Assembly (NCBI GenBank): GCA_963752515.1
Contig: CAVVYO010000006.1
Coordinates: 274,284-338,283 of the forward strand
Source: Candidatus Glassbacteria bacterium
Lineage (GTDB): Bacteria > Gemmatimonadota > Glassbacteria > GWA2-58-10
Direction of reading: 5' to 3'
Length of the DNA: 64,000 nucleotides
The translations under genes were made by a program, and so were the position numbers. This document shows, piece by piece, positions 19,959 to 28,865 of this stretch (the stretch's first letter is position 1; each line of letters begins with the position of its first letter). Under the pieces are notes generated by a model that saw only the letters and a program-made list of their open reading frames with translations, did no database searches and was not told where the DNA came from.

Positions 19959-21266
19959 GTGAGAAAGATACTGCTGCGTTGGTCCATCCTCGCCCTGCTG
20001 CTCCCGGCCCTGGCGGCTGTCTCCGCCTGCCGCCAGCAGCAGAGCCCGGCTGCCATCCCCGCCGGACCCCATACGGTGCGGGTGGCCCAGTCCGCTCCGG
20101 CCGATGTGGTCGGCGCGGACAACCTCGCCCTGCAGCAGGCCGCCGACCTGCTCCGCCCGGGCGATACCCTCGAGATCGGCCCCGGCGCGTGGAACATGGA
20201 AAACAGCCTGGTGATCCCGGTCTCCGGGGTGGTGGTGCGCGGCACCCCTGATGAAACCATCCTCAAGAAAGGCCCCGGCTACCAGAGCATCGTCGCCGAT
20301 GGCGGCGACTGGGGCGAACCGGTCCTGGTGCTGGCCGAGCCGGCCAACTTCAAGCCCGGGATGGGGATCTCCTTCCGCGATGACCGCAATGCCGGCGGCT
20401 ACAATGTCACCACCGGCACGATCACCGAGATGCGCGCCGATACGATCCGCATCAGCGAGCTGCCCTGCTGCGATTACGACTACCTGGAGGGCAACGCCCG
20501 GGTGCAGAACAATTTCCCGATCCTGGCCGCGTTCGGCCAGCGGGAACTCCTGTTCGAGGGGATCACGGTCGATGGCAACCTCGAGCAGAACCCTTACGCG
20601 CTCGATGGCTGCCGCGGCGGGGCGTTCTACCTGTTCCAGTGCAAGAACAGCGAGTTCCGCAACTGTGTGGCCCGCAACTACAACGGCGATGGCTTCTCCT
20701 ACCAGATCACCGACAGCGTGCGGGTGGTCGACTGCGAGGCTTACGGCAACAGCGGCCTGGGGGTCCATCCCGGCACCGGCAGCCCGCGCACCCTGGTCAG
20801 CGGAAGCCACATGCACGACAACGGGCAGATCGGGCTGTTCCTTTGCTACCGGGTGCGCTACGGCGAGTTCCGGGACAACCTGATCGAGAACAACGGCAGC
20901 TACGGGATCTCGATCGGCCACAAGGACTCGGACAACCTGTTCGAGAACAACGTGGTCCGCGGCAACGGGATCGCCGGAGTGTTCTTCCGTCATGAGGACA
21001 CGCGGGTGGCCGGCCATCGCAATGTCTTCCGCAATAACAAGATTGTCGACAATGGCGGGGCCGAGCGCGGTTATGGGGTGCTGGTGCGCAAGGAGAACAA
21101 CGACCTGGTGTTCGAGAACAACACGATCGAGGACACCCGCCAGGGCGAGGCCCGCACCCAGCGCTACGGGATCTTTGTCGAGAAGGGCTCCCACGGGCTG
21201 ACCCTCACGGACAACACCCTGCAGGGCCACCTGCTGGCCGATGTCCAGGAAGAGGAGCTGGACTAG
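19959..21266 (+). CDS. right-handed parallel beta-helix (CASH/NosD-like) lipoprotein, paralog 2 (intact)
   Basis: AAGGAGG RBS and GTG at 19959, with lipobox AVSAC. Repeated beta-helix turns are present (NCVARNYNGDGFS, GNSGLGVHPG, NNGSYGISIGH, GNGIAGVFF). TAG stop. Confidence 0.75.
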   Translation: MRKILLRWSILALLLPALAAVSACRQQQSPAAIPAGPHTVRVAQSAPADVVGADNLALQQAADLLRPGDTLEIGPGAWNMENSLVIPVSGVVVRGTPDETILKKGPGYQSIVADGGDWGEPVLVLAEPANFKPGMGISFRDDRNAGGYNVTTGTITEMRADTIRISELPCCDYDYLEGNARVQNNFPILAAFGQRELLFEGITVDGNLEQNPYALDGCRGGAFYLFQCKNSEFRNCVARNYNGDGFSYQITDSVRVVDCEAYGNSGLGVHPGTGSPRTLVSGSHMHDNGQIGLFLCYRVRYGEFRDNLIENNGSYGISIGHKDSDNLFENNVVRGNGIAGVFFRHEDTRVAGHRNVFRNNKIVDNGGAERGYGVLVRKENNDLVFENNTIEDTRQGEARTQRYGIFVEKGSHGLTLTDNTLQGHLLADVQEEELD

Positions 21267-21299
21267 CGGTAGTTAACCCCGGTCCCCTGAAAGATCAAA

Positions 21300-21334
21300 G
21301 GGCCGCTCCCGATCCTGATGGAGCGGCCCTTTTG
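21300..21334 (+). terminator. intrinsic terminator after beta-helix paralog 2
   Basis: GGGCCGCTCC (21300-21309) pairs with GGAGCGGCCC (21320-21329), followed by TTTTGTT. Confidence 0.65.
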
Positions 21335-21340
21335 TTATTT

Positions 21341-21424
21341 CCTGAGGGAGGGAGGAAACCTTTTGAAAAAGGTTTCCTCCCTCCCTCAGACTCCCTCTCA
21401 CTTTCCCAAACTTTTTCGATAGTT
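21341..21424 (-). repeat. dispersed box-plus-hairpin intergenic repeat, copy A
   Basis: On the minus strand: ATCGAAAAAGTTTGGGAAAGTGAGAGGGAG (21420-21391), then a perfect ~22-bp hairpin (21342-21389). It is near-identical in architecture to copies at 48367-48445 and 49298-49397. Confidence 0.8.
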
Positions 21425-21963
21425 GGATCATCCTTCCAAGCCCTGGCGCTGCGAGAAATCTCGTAATCAATCAAGGGTGCGGCATGCCCAGTCCCTATGG
21501 CTGACCACGATTTATATGGTTGATATTTAATCACTTACGGACGGGCTGGTACATTATCTTGGGGAGCGGGGTGATGGTCTTTCGGGCCGCGGCTGGAGGC
21601 AAAAGCCAGCGGTGTAATTGCCGCGTAATTTCCATCGTGGCCGCCATGGAATGACGCGGCCCGGCAGGCCATGGCGTTGCAGCGCCAGGGCATGGGCGCG
21701 AAACGCGGCGACCGGTGTGGGAGCGACTTTTTTCCCTCGTACCCTCGGCGGCTGTTAAAGACCGCGATGGTCTTTCAGCTTCGCGGCCTTGGCTTCATAA
21801 GACTCTTGCTACTTCTGGTCACAGAAGTAGAAACATCCGAAGGATTTACGGGATAAAGAACAAGCTGAAGATTTCCCTCCCCCTTCACGCCCCTCCAAAG
21901 AGTTACCGCATCAGAGCAGATGGTGATGGGGCTGGCGACCGCCGCCGGACCCGCCTCCGGGAT

Positions 21964-23449
21964 TCACCCCCGGTAGCCCCGCTCGGCCAGGGCCTCGGCC
22001 GCCACCTCGCGGTCATCGAAATGGATCTTCCCGGTGGGCAGGAGCTGGTAATCCTCGTGCCCCTTGCCGGCGATGAGCAGCAGGTCGCCCTCGTCCAGGC
22101 TGGAGATCGCCTGGAAGATCGCCTCGCGACGGTCCGGGATCACGCTGAACCGCTCGCCATGGCTTCCCCCGGCGGCTTCCGCTCCCGCGACAATCTCCCC
22201 GATGATCGCCCCGGGCTGCTCGCTGCGGGGGTTGTCGGAGCTGATCACCGTGAAATCGGCCAGCCTGACCGAAATCCCCCCCATCATCGGCCGTTTCTGG
22301 CGGTAACGGTCCCCGCCGCAGCCGAACAGGCTCACCAGCTTGCCCCGGGTGTGCTCCCGCGCGGCCTGGAGCGCTTTCTCCAGGGCATCCGGGGTGTGGG
22401 CGTAGTCGACCAGCACCGTGAAAGGGCTGGCCCTGCCGCACCCGCTCCATCCTGCCCGGGACCGGGGTCAATGTCGGCAGGGCCTCGGCGATCCGCTCCG
22501 GGGTGATCCCCAGCGCGGCGCTCACCGCGGCGCAGGCGGCGATGTTCTGGCCATTGAAACGGCCCACCAGCTGGACCTCAGCCTCCACCTTCCGGCCGAA
22601 CACCTCCAGCGCGAGCCAGGCCCCATCCGGGCGGGGTTCCCAGCGGGCGATCCGCACCGTGCCGCCCGGACGTTCGCCATAGGTGAGCAGCGGGCCTCTC
22701 ACCTGTGCCGTCAGCCGCTCGCCGTAAGGGTCATCCCAGCCCACCACCGCCCTTCCCTGTGTCCCAAGATGCTCGAACAGCTGGCACTTGGCCCGGAAGT
22801 AATCCTCCATGTCGCGGTGGTAGTCCAGGTGGTCCGGGGTGAGGTTGGTGAACACCGCCACCTCGAACCGGCAGCCCAGGCTGCGCTGCTGGTCCAGCCC
22901 GTGGGAGCTGACCTCCATCACCGCGGCCCGGCAGCCATTGACCTGCATCCGGGCCAGCATCCGCTGGATCTCATCGGCGAATGGGGTGGTCAGGCTGCTG
23001 CCGAGCACCTCGGAGGGCCCCAGGATGTTGCGGACTGTCCCCAGCAGGCCGCAGGGCATCCCCTGGCGGGCCAGCAGCTCGCGCACCAGGAAGGTGATCG
23101 TGGTCTTGCCGTTGGTGCCGGTCACCCCGATCAGCGGGAACTTGCGCGAGGGGTAGTCGTAGAACTCCGCCGCGGCCAGGGCCAGCGCCGCGCGAGTGTC
23201 GGCGGCCAGGAACTGCGGCAGCGGGCAAGCACTCTCCCGGCGGGAGACCACCGCCCCCACCGCGCCCTGGGCCCGGGCCTGTTCCAGGAAAGCATGCCCA
23301 TCGGCATGCGCCCCCGGCAGGGCGAAAAACAGCTCACCGGGCCGCACGCGACGGCTGTCCGCGGTCAGGCCCCCCACCTCGACTCCCGCCGCCGGGGTCC
23401 CATCCGCCGGGACCGCGCCCATCGCGCCGAGCAGAGTGGTCAGTCTCAA
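21964..23449 (-). CDS. murE: UDP-N-acetylmuramoyl-L-alanyl-D-glutamate--2,6-diaminopimelate ligase MurE, one apparent frameshift
   Basis: N-terminal part is in ORF 22013..23449 (GVTGTNGKTT, TTPFADE...). C-terminal part is in ORF 21964..22416 (VDYAHTPDALEKAL...FGCGGDR). There is an extra T in a TTT run (plus-strand AAA at about 22421-22423). Confidence 0.88.
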
Positions 23450-23470
23450 GACAACCTCCTGACTTCGATT

Positions 23471-24760
23471 TCAGGTCTTCAGCTCTTTTTTCTTGGCCGC
23501 CGGGAACAGCAGGTTGTTGAGGATCAGCCGGTAGCCGGGCGAGTTCTTGTGCAGCTCCAGGGTGGTCTGCCGGTCTCCGATGCGGTGCTCCGGGTCCTCC
23601 GGATCGTGGCCGCCCAGGAAAGTCCAGAAGCCCTTGCCCTGATTGCCGTGGATATACTTGACAAAGGGCTGGTCCTGCTCGAAGGCGAGGACCGTGACCC
23701 CCTCTTTCAGGGTTCGGCGGGTGAAGCTGGTGGACTGGCCGTAGAAGTCCTTGATGAAGTCGGTGTGGCACTGGGTGAGCAGCGAGGGCACCGGATCGTA
23801 CTTGGCCGAGAACCGGAAGAGCTGGAAGTAGCCCAGGTTCCGGCGGGCCAGGGGATTGTTCACCTGGTGGCCATCGATGTCCGAGAACGAGTTCACCACC
23901 GGGTTGAGCTCGGGACGGAAGTCCCGGAAGGCCAGAGTGCGGGAGAAGTCCAGCTTGGCGGCGGCCTCCGGGTCCACCCCATCGCCATCCGCCTCCGCCG
24001 GGACAATGTCGGTCTCCCCCGCGGCCAGGGCGATGTCCAGGGTCTCGGCCGCCAGGCACATCGCGAACAGGAAGCCGCCCTCGCGCACATAGGCGGCGAT
24101 CCGTTCGGCGACCGCGTGCTTGAGCTGCCAGACCTTGGCATACCCGAAGCGGGTGGCCATCTCCCGGTTGCGGGCGACTTCCTCCTCGAACCAGTCGCGG
24201 CCGCGATAACCGATGTAGAAGCGGTTGAACTGGCCGGTGAAATCCTCGTGGTGCAGGTGCAGCCAGTCGTACTTGGAGAGCGCGCCCTCCAGCACCTCGG
24301 CATCCCAGATCTTGTCGTACTCGATCTCGGCGTAGGCCAGGGCCAGGGTGACCGCATCATCCCAGGGCGAGAGGTTGGGCGGGGTGTAGACCGCCACCCG
24401 GGGAGCTTTTTCCAGCAGCATCACTTCCATGTTTTCCTGCTCGATCTGGGCGTGGATCGCCGCCACCTGCTGCGGGCTGACCGTTTCGACCGACACTCCC
24501 ATCAGCCGGGCCAGGCGCGCGAACGCCTCCCGCTCCTCGAGCAGGAACGAGCCGCCCCGGTAGTTGAGCAGCCACTCGACCCGGGAGCCGGCTTTGAGCA
24601 CCTTGTAGGCCAGCCCGTAGGCCTTGATATGGTCCTGCTGGGCCAGGTCCATCGGCACCAGCAGCTCGCCCCGCGCCGGGACTGCCGCAAGCGGCAGGCC
24701 GCACAGCAGCAGGGCCAGCGTCATCGATTTCACCCACCGCACTCCTTTTGCCTGGAGCAT
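23471..24760 (-). CDS. secreted protein of unknown function, class-I glutamine-amidotransferase/DJ-1-like fold suspected
   Basis: GGAGGTGAGG RBS precedes ATG 24760, with a signal peptide (LALLLCGLPLAAVPARG). FAMCLAAE resembles a nucleophile elbow. The family assignment is from recall only. Confidence 0.5.
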   Translation of the reverse strand: MLQAKGVRWVKSMTLALLLCGLPLAAVPARGELLVPMDLAQQDHIKAYGLAYKVLKAGSRVEWLLNYRGGSFLLEEREAFARLARLMGVSVETVSPQQVAAIHAQIEQENMEVMLLEKAPRVAVYTPPNLSPWDDAVTLALAYAEIEYDKIWDAEVLEGALSKYDWLHLHHEDFTGQFNRFYIGYRGRDWFEEEVARNREMATRFGYAKVWQLKHAVAERIAAYVREGGFLFAMCLAAETLDIALAAGETDIVPAEADGDGVDPEAAAKLDFSRTLAFRDFRPELNPVVNSFSDIDGHQVNNPLARRNLGYFQLFRFSAKYDPVPSLLTQCHTDFIKDFYGQSTSFTRRTLKEGVTVLAFEQDQPFVKYIHGNQGKGFWTFLGGHDPEDPEHRIGDRQTTLELHKNSPGYRLILNNLLFPAAKKKELKT

Positions 24761-24803
24761 CCGCCTCACCTCCATCCTCATTCGCTCGATTTTTCCTGCC
24801 ATC

Positions 24804-26651
24804 TCACAGCCGGTCCTCATCCAGCGCGCGCAGCAGTCGCCGGGCCAGGGGTGTCGCCACTCCCGCCGGGTACTCGACCACCACCCGCTCCAGATGCTCG
24901 CGGGCGCGTTCCCGGTCGCCGATCCCCTCCAGCAGCACGATCCCCTGGCGCAACTCGGCCAGCGGGGCCAGGTGGTGCCGCGGGTAAGTCCGCACCAGTT
25001 CCTGGTACACTCCCAGGGCCAGGGGGTATTCGCGGGCCTCCTCGTACACCCGGCCCAACTGGAAAACCACCTGGGCCCGGTAGCTGGAGTCCGCGGCCTG
25101 CTCCAGCGCCTGCTGAAAAGCCGCGGCCGACAGCTGGAGCTCCCCGCGCTCGGCCAGGTGCAGCGCCCGCCCCACCAGCTTGCCGGCCACCCGCTCCGGG
25201 CTGGTGTCGTTCTGGATCAGGTAGGCGCGCTCGATCGCCTCATTGGCCTCGGGCTCGCCGAGCCGCATCCGGGCGAAAGTCCGATAGATGTCCGCGGCGC
25301 TGTCCACCTCGCCGCCGAACAGCAGCACATCCCCCAGCAGGCGCAGCACCTGCGCCTGCTCCGGCTGGACCCGAACTCCCGCCGCCGCTACCAGCTCGCC
25401 GCAGAGCGCGCCGGCCTGGTCGAGCTGGTCCAGGCGGATGAAGCTCCGGACGATCTTGAGCTTGATCGCGAACAGATCGCGGCCTTCCGTCCCCAGCCCC
25501 TCGATCCGGCGGTAGGCTTCGAGGGCTCCATCGGGGCGGTCGAGGCGCTCCAGGTACAGCGCGCCCAGGCGTTCCAGCGCCTGGACCCGCACCTCGGCGG
25601 GGTATTCCCCGGCTGCCGCGATGGTTTTCAGCGTGGACTCCGCCCGCGCGGGGTCCGGAAGCTGGAGCTCGACATCCGCCCGGCCGAGCAGGATCGCCGC
25701 CGGGGGCATCAGTTTCAGCGATTCCGCCAGCGCGTAGGCCTCCAGCGCCGCCGCCGGCTGTCCCAGCTTGAGGCTGCGGCCGATGAAGACTGTCAACTGC
25801 TGCAGGCCGCTCTCCGGGGGAAGCTCGCCTAGCAGTTCCCGCAGGCTTCCCAGCGCCCGTTCCGGCGCGCCCAGGGTCAGGTTGAGGTCCACCAGCAGGA
25901 TCAGCAGCTCCTGGCGGTTGCGCTCCCGGGCCGCTTTCAGCTCCCGCTCCAGCCGGCCGCGCACCAGCTCCCCGGCCTTCTCCCCGCCCTCGAGGATGCG
26001 GTAAAGCTGACGCTGGGCCAGCGGCAGGTCGGTGGCCGCGGGCCCGGACAGGTAGCCCAGGATCTCCTCCAGCGCCTCGACCGGGCGGCCCAGGTCGATC
26101 AGCGCCTCGGCCAGCGGCCGGTTGAACTGGACTTGGGTTCCGGTCCGGGTCTGCCCCTCCCGCAACAGCTCCAGGGCCGGCCCGGGCTTGCCGAGGCTGC
26201 GGTAAAGGTTGCCGAGGAACAGGAAGCGATTGGGGTCGGTCGGCGCGGCCGCCAGGTGACTGCGTCCCACCCGCAGCAGGCTGTCCTCCAGCCCGGCCCG
26301 GTCCAGCGTCCGCAGGAACAGCGCCAGCAGGCGCAACTCCTCCGGCTGCGCGCGGAAGCGCTCCTCGACCAGCGGCAGGAACTCCTCCGGATGGCCGCTC
26401 TTGCGGTAGAGCTCCTCCAGCAGTTCCAGCACGCGGGGGTCCTGGGCGTACGGGCCGAGCAGGCCGATCGACTCCTCGACCCGGCCGGCCCGCTCCAGGG
26501 CCTGGGTGATGCTGCGCAAATTGATGAAAGTCTGGTCATCCAGCGCGGGCGCGACCGGCGGGTCCGCCGCCAGCAGGGCTGTCGCCAGCACCGCCGCCGG
26601 GATCAGCCCGGCCAGCAGGGCCAGGATCCTCCGTGATCCCTTCCGATTCAT
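24804..26651 (-). CDS. TPR repeat protein, secreted or periplasmic
   Basis: Starts MNRKGSRRILALLAGLIPAAVLA at 26651 with GGAGGGAAG RBS. Many 34-residue Ala/Leu/Tyr-patterned repeats. The start overlaps the upstream gene's stop (ATGA). Confidence 0.8.
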   Translation of the reverse strand: MNRKGSRRILALLAGLIPAAVLATALLAADPPVAPALDDQTFINLRSITQALERAGRVEESIGLLGPYAQDPRVLELLEELYRKSGHPEEFLPLVEERFRAQPEELRLLALFLRTLDRAGLEDSLLRVGRSHLAAAPTDPNRFLFLGNLYRSLGKPGPALELLREGQTRTGTQVQFNRPLAEALIDLGRPVEALEEILGYLSGPAATDLPLAQRQLYRILEGGEKAGELVRGRLERELKAARERNRQELLILLVDLNLTLGAPERALGSLRELLGELPPESGLQQLTVFIGRSLKLGQPAAALEAYALAESLKLMPPAAILLGRADVELQLPDPARAESTLKTIAAAGEYPAEVRVQALERLGALYLERLDRPDGALEAYRRIEGLGTEGRDLFAIKLKIVRSFIRLDQLDQAGALCGELVAAAGVRVQPEQAQVLRLLGDVLLFGGEVDSAADIYRTFARMRLGEPEANEAIERAYLIQNDTSPERVAGKLVGRALHLAERGELQLSAAAFQQALEQAADSSYRAQVVFQLGRVYEEAREYPLALGVYQELVRTYPRHHLAPLAELRQGIVLLEGIGDRERAREHLERVVVEYPAGVATPLARRLLRALDEDRL

Positions 26652-27790
26652 CTTCCCTCCCCATCCTCCAAGCCCACCCTCCATGCTCCGGCCGCCGAAA
26701 GCCCGAGTTTCCCGGCCGCGGGACAGATCAGCGCCGGGACCGCCAGCAGGAACAACCCCACATCCCGCAGCAGCACCCGCCAGGCAGAGACATGCCCCCG
26801 GCCGAAACAACCGCAGTCGAATTCCAGCCCGCGGGCCAGGTTGAAGCCGATCGCCAGGATGAACAGCGCGGTGAGGCCCAGCACCAGCAGCGCGGCGGGA
26901 GCGACCAGCCGTCCGGCCGGAAGCGGAGCGCGTGGCGACACGAGCAGCAACCCGCCGCCGATCAGCTCCAGCCAGGGCAACACCACCGCCGCCAGGTTGA
27001 CCAGGGTCCCCGGCAGGATCCGGTAGCCATCGATCGCCCGGGCGAACTCCCCCGGCGCGGCGATCTTGTGCAGCGAGGCCAGCACGAACAGCAGCCCCAC
27101 CAGCCGCCAGCCCGAGGAGAACGGAAACCACAGGCCCCAGGCCCATGCGGCCAGGGCCCACAGGCCCAGCCCCAGCAGCAGGAAATCCGCCAGCAGCCAG
27201 ATCCAGGCCGGCAGCAGCAGGCTCAGGTCCAGCAGGCTGTTGACAGTTAGCTTAGCGCCGCGTTCCGGCGCCGGCGCGGGGGCGAGGTCGCCCTCGCCGC
27301 GCTCCAACGGCATCTGTCGCTCCTCCCACTCCTGGAACCCGCCCTGGAAGACATAGAGCCGCTGGTAGCCGGCCGCCTGCAGCTCCTCGGCCAGGTGGTG
27401 GCTGTCCTCGCAATTGGCCCCGGAGCAGTAGATCAGCAGAGGCTCCTCGGGGGAAACCTGTTCCAGCAGCGGGGGCAGGAAGCGCTCCAGCTCGTAGAGG
27501 TAGACATTGACCGCCCCGGGCAGGTGTCCCTGGGCGTAGGCCGCCGGGTCGCGGGCATCGATCACGATCCCGAGGCCCTGGTCCAGGAACGACCGCGCCG
27601 CCTCGAACGACAGCACGTGACGGCCCGGCTCGGCGGGGACCTCCGCCATCGGGTCGGCCGCCTCCACCCGCGCGGGAGGCTCGAACAGCGCCAGCCCGCC
27701 CCCGGCGGCATTGACCGCCAGCCCGATCAAGCCTGCCAGAGCGATCAGCAGCAAGGCTTTTCCGATTACCGCCCGCGCCGGTTCGCGCAT
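26648..27790 (-). CDS. rhodanese domain fused to MauE/DoxX-type membrane domain
   Basis: N-terminal TM segment, then rhodanese (VIDARDPAAYAQGHLPGAVN...LIYCSGANCEDS), then a C-terminal 4-TM domain with a FDCGCFG motif. Alternative start at 27832. Confidence 0.8.
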   Translation of the reverse strand: MREPARAVIGKALLLIALAGLIGLAVNAAGGGLALFEPPARVEAADPMAEVPAEPGRHVLSFEAARSFLDQGLGIVIDARDPAAYAQGHLPGAVNVYLYELERFLPPLLEQVSPEEPLLIYCSGANCEDSHHLAEELQAAGYQRLYVFQGGFQEWEERQMPLERGEGDLAPAPAPERGAKLTVNSLLDLSLLLPAWIWLLADFLLLGLGLWALAAWAWGLWFPFSSGWRLVGLLFVLASLHKIAAPGEFARAIDGYRILPGTLVNLAAVVLPWLELIGGGLLLVSPRAPLPAGRLVAPAALLVLGLTALFILAIGFNLARGLEFDCGCFGRGHVSAWRVLLRDVGLFLLAVPALICPAAGKLGLSAAGAWRVGLEDGEGR

Positions 27791-28294
27791 CGGCCATCTC
27801 CTCGCATCCGTGGTGTTCCCAGGCTGCCGCAAATGCCTCGAAAGTTAGCGCCGGAAGGCCGATTATTCAAGCCCGGCCGCGAGGATCGCCGGCCTGTCGC
27901 CGATCCTCACGTACAAGGAATTACCGGGGCGTGGCGGGAAATGTTCTGTTTTTCTGGAGTTATCGGAAGCTCTCGGAGCAATCCCGCCGCGGTCCGGGGG
28001 GAGTGGACCGCGGGGTGAGCGGGAGCCGGCAATGGCTCCGCGGGGAGACGACAAGCTTACTTCAGGAGGACCATCTTGCGGGTCGGCTGAAAAGCCCCGG
28101 CGCTCAGGCGGCAACAATCAACCCCGATGGGGACCTGCCGGCCGACTGCATCCTTTCCATCCCGGTTGACCGGGTGCGCGCCCGGCCCCGGACCGTGTCC
28201 GGCAGGCGGACCAGCTCAAGCTGCGCGGCCTGCTCACGGCCGGCAGCTCCCCGCGCGACTTCTTCCTCATGGGGAGCTGCTCCGGGCGCAGCAC

Positions 28295-28801
28295 CTACGC
28301 CAGCGCGGTCTCGAACCGCTCCGGCGCGCGCTCGAGCCGGGATGAGCCCGGCACCTGGCCGCGCGGCCCGGCGCTGCCCTGGCGGTCATCGACCCATTTT
28401 TCCAGCTTGGCTCGCTGCTCCTCGCTCAGGATCTTTTCCAGGTTCTGCCGGAACTCGCGGTAGCTCTCGGCCATCTTGTCGCGCGTCTTGCTGCGTTCGG
28501 AGCGTTCGCGGCGGGCGTCTTTCATCGCCTCCTGCATCTTTTCCTGCCGCTTCTCGAACAGCTTCCGGGCCTGTTTCCGCTGGTCATCGTTCAGCGCCAG
28601 GAACGCGCACAGCTCCTGGAAATTCTCCTCCGCCCGTTTTTTCAGCTCCCCGGCCCGCTGCTGCATCTGCCCGCGGTCAGGGCGGGGCTCCATCCGCCCG
28701 CCGCGGTCCTGGGCCGCCAGCTCGGCGGGGACAGCCACCAGGGAGAACATGGCGCCCAGCCCGATCAGGGCCGCCACCAGCAACAACACCTTGACTCGCA
28801 T
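28295..28801 (-). CDS. periplasmic Spy/CpxP-like (LTxxQ-type) protein
   Basis: 168 aa with a signal peptide. Helical and charged, with LNDDQ and LSEEQ motifs. Confidence 0.6.
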   Translation of the reverse strand: MRVKVLLLVAALIGLGAMFSLVAVPAELAAQDRGGRMEPRPDRGQMQQRAGELKKRAEENFQELCAFLALNDDQRKQARKLFEKRQEKMQEAMKDARRERSERSKTRDKMAESYREFRQNLEKILSEEQRAKLEKWVDDRQGSAGPRGQVPGSSRLERAPERFETALA

Positions 28802-28865
28802 CGACAGCTCCTTGCGCTGGATACAATCCGCTCTGGAAAGTCAACCGGGGAATCGGACCAAACCG

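Noticed and set aside
22418-25441. Very long ORFs antisense to annotated genes. Examples: 22418..25441 (1007 aa), 33266..35455 (729 aa), 59145..61505 (786 aa), 13810..15702 (630 aa), 1142..2716 (524 aa), 28476..30542 and 30239..32242.
   Set aside because: Their translations are Arg/Pro/Gly/Ala/His-rich low-complexity sequence with no recognisable motif. Each lies opposite a gene with clear family signatures. These are typical shadow ORFs of G+C-rich DNA, where stop codons are rare.
27833-28294. Possible gene or small RNA in the ~460-bp gap upstream of the rhodanese-MauE gene (ORFs 27863..28117 and 27931..28794).
   Set aside because: The ORF translations are Pro/Arg/Gly-rich with no motif, and one is antisense to the Spy-like gene. 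Only short hairpins (e.g. CCGCGGTCC/GGACCGCGG) are visible. It is most simply a promoter/leader region, and I cannot support any specific feature.
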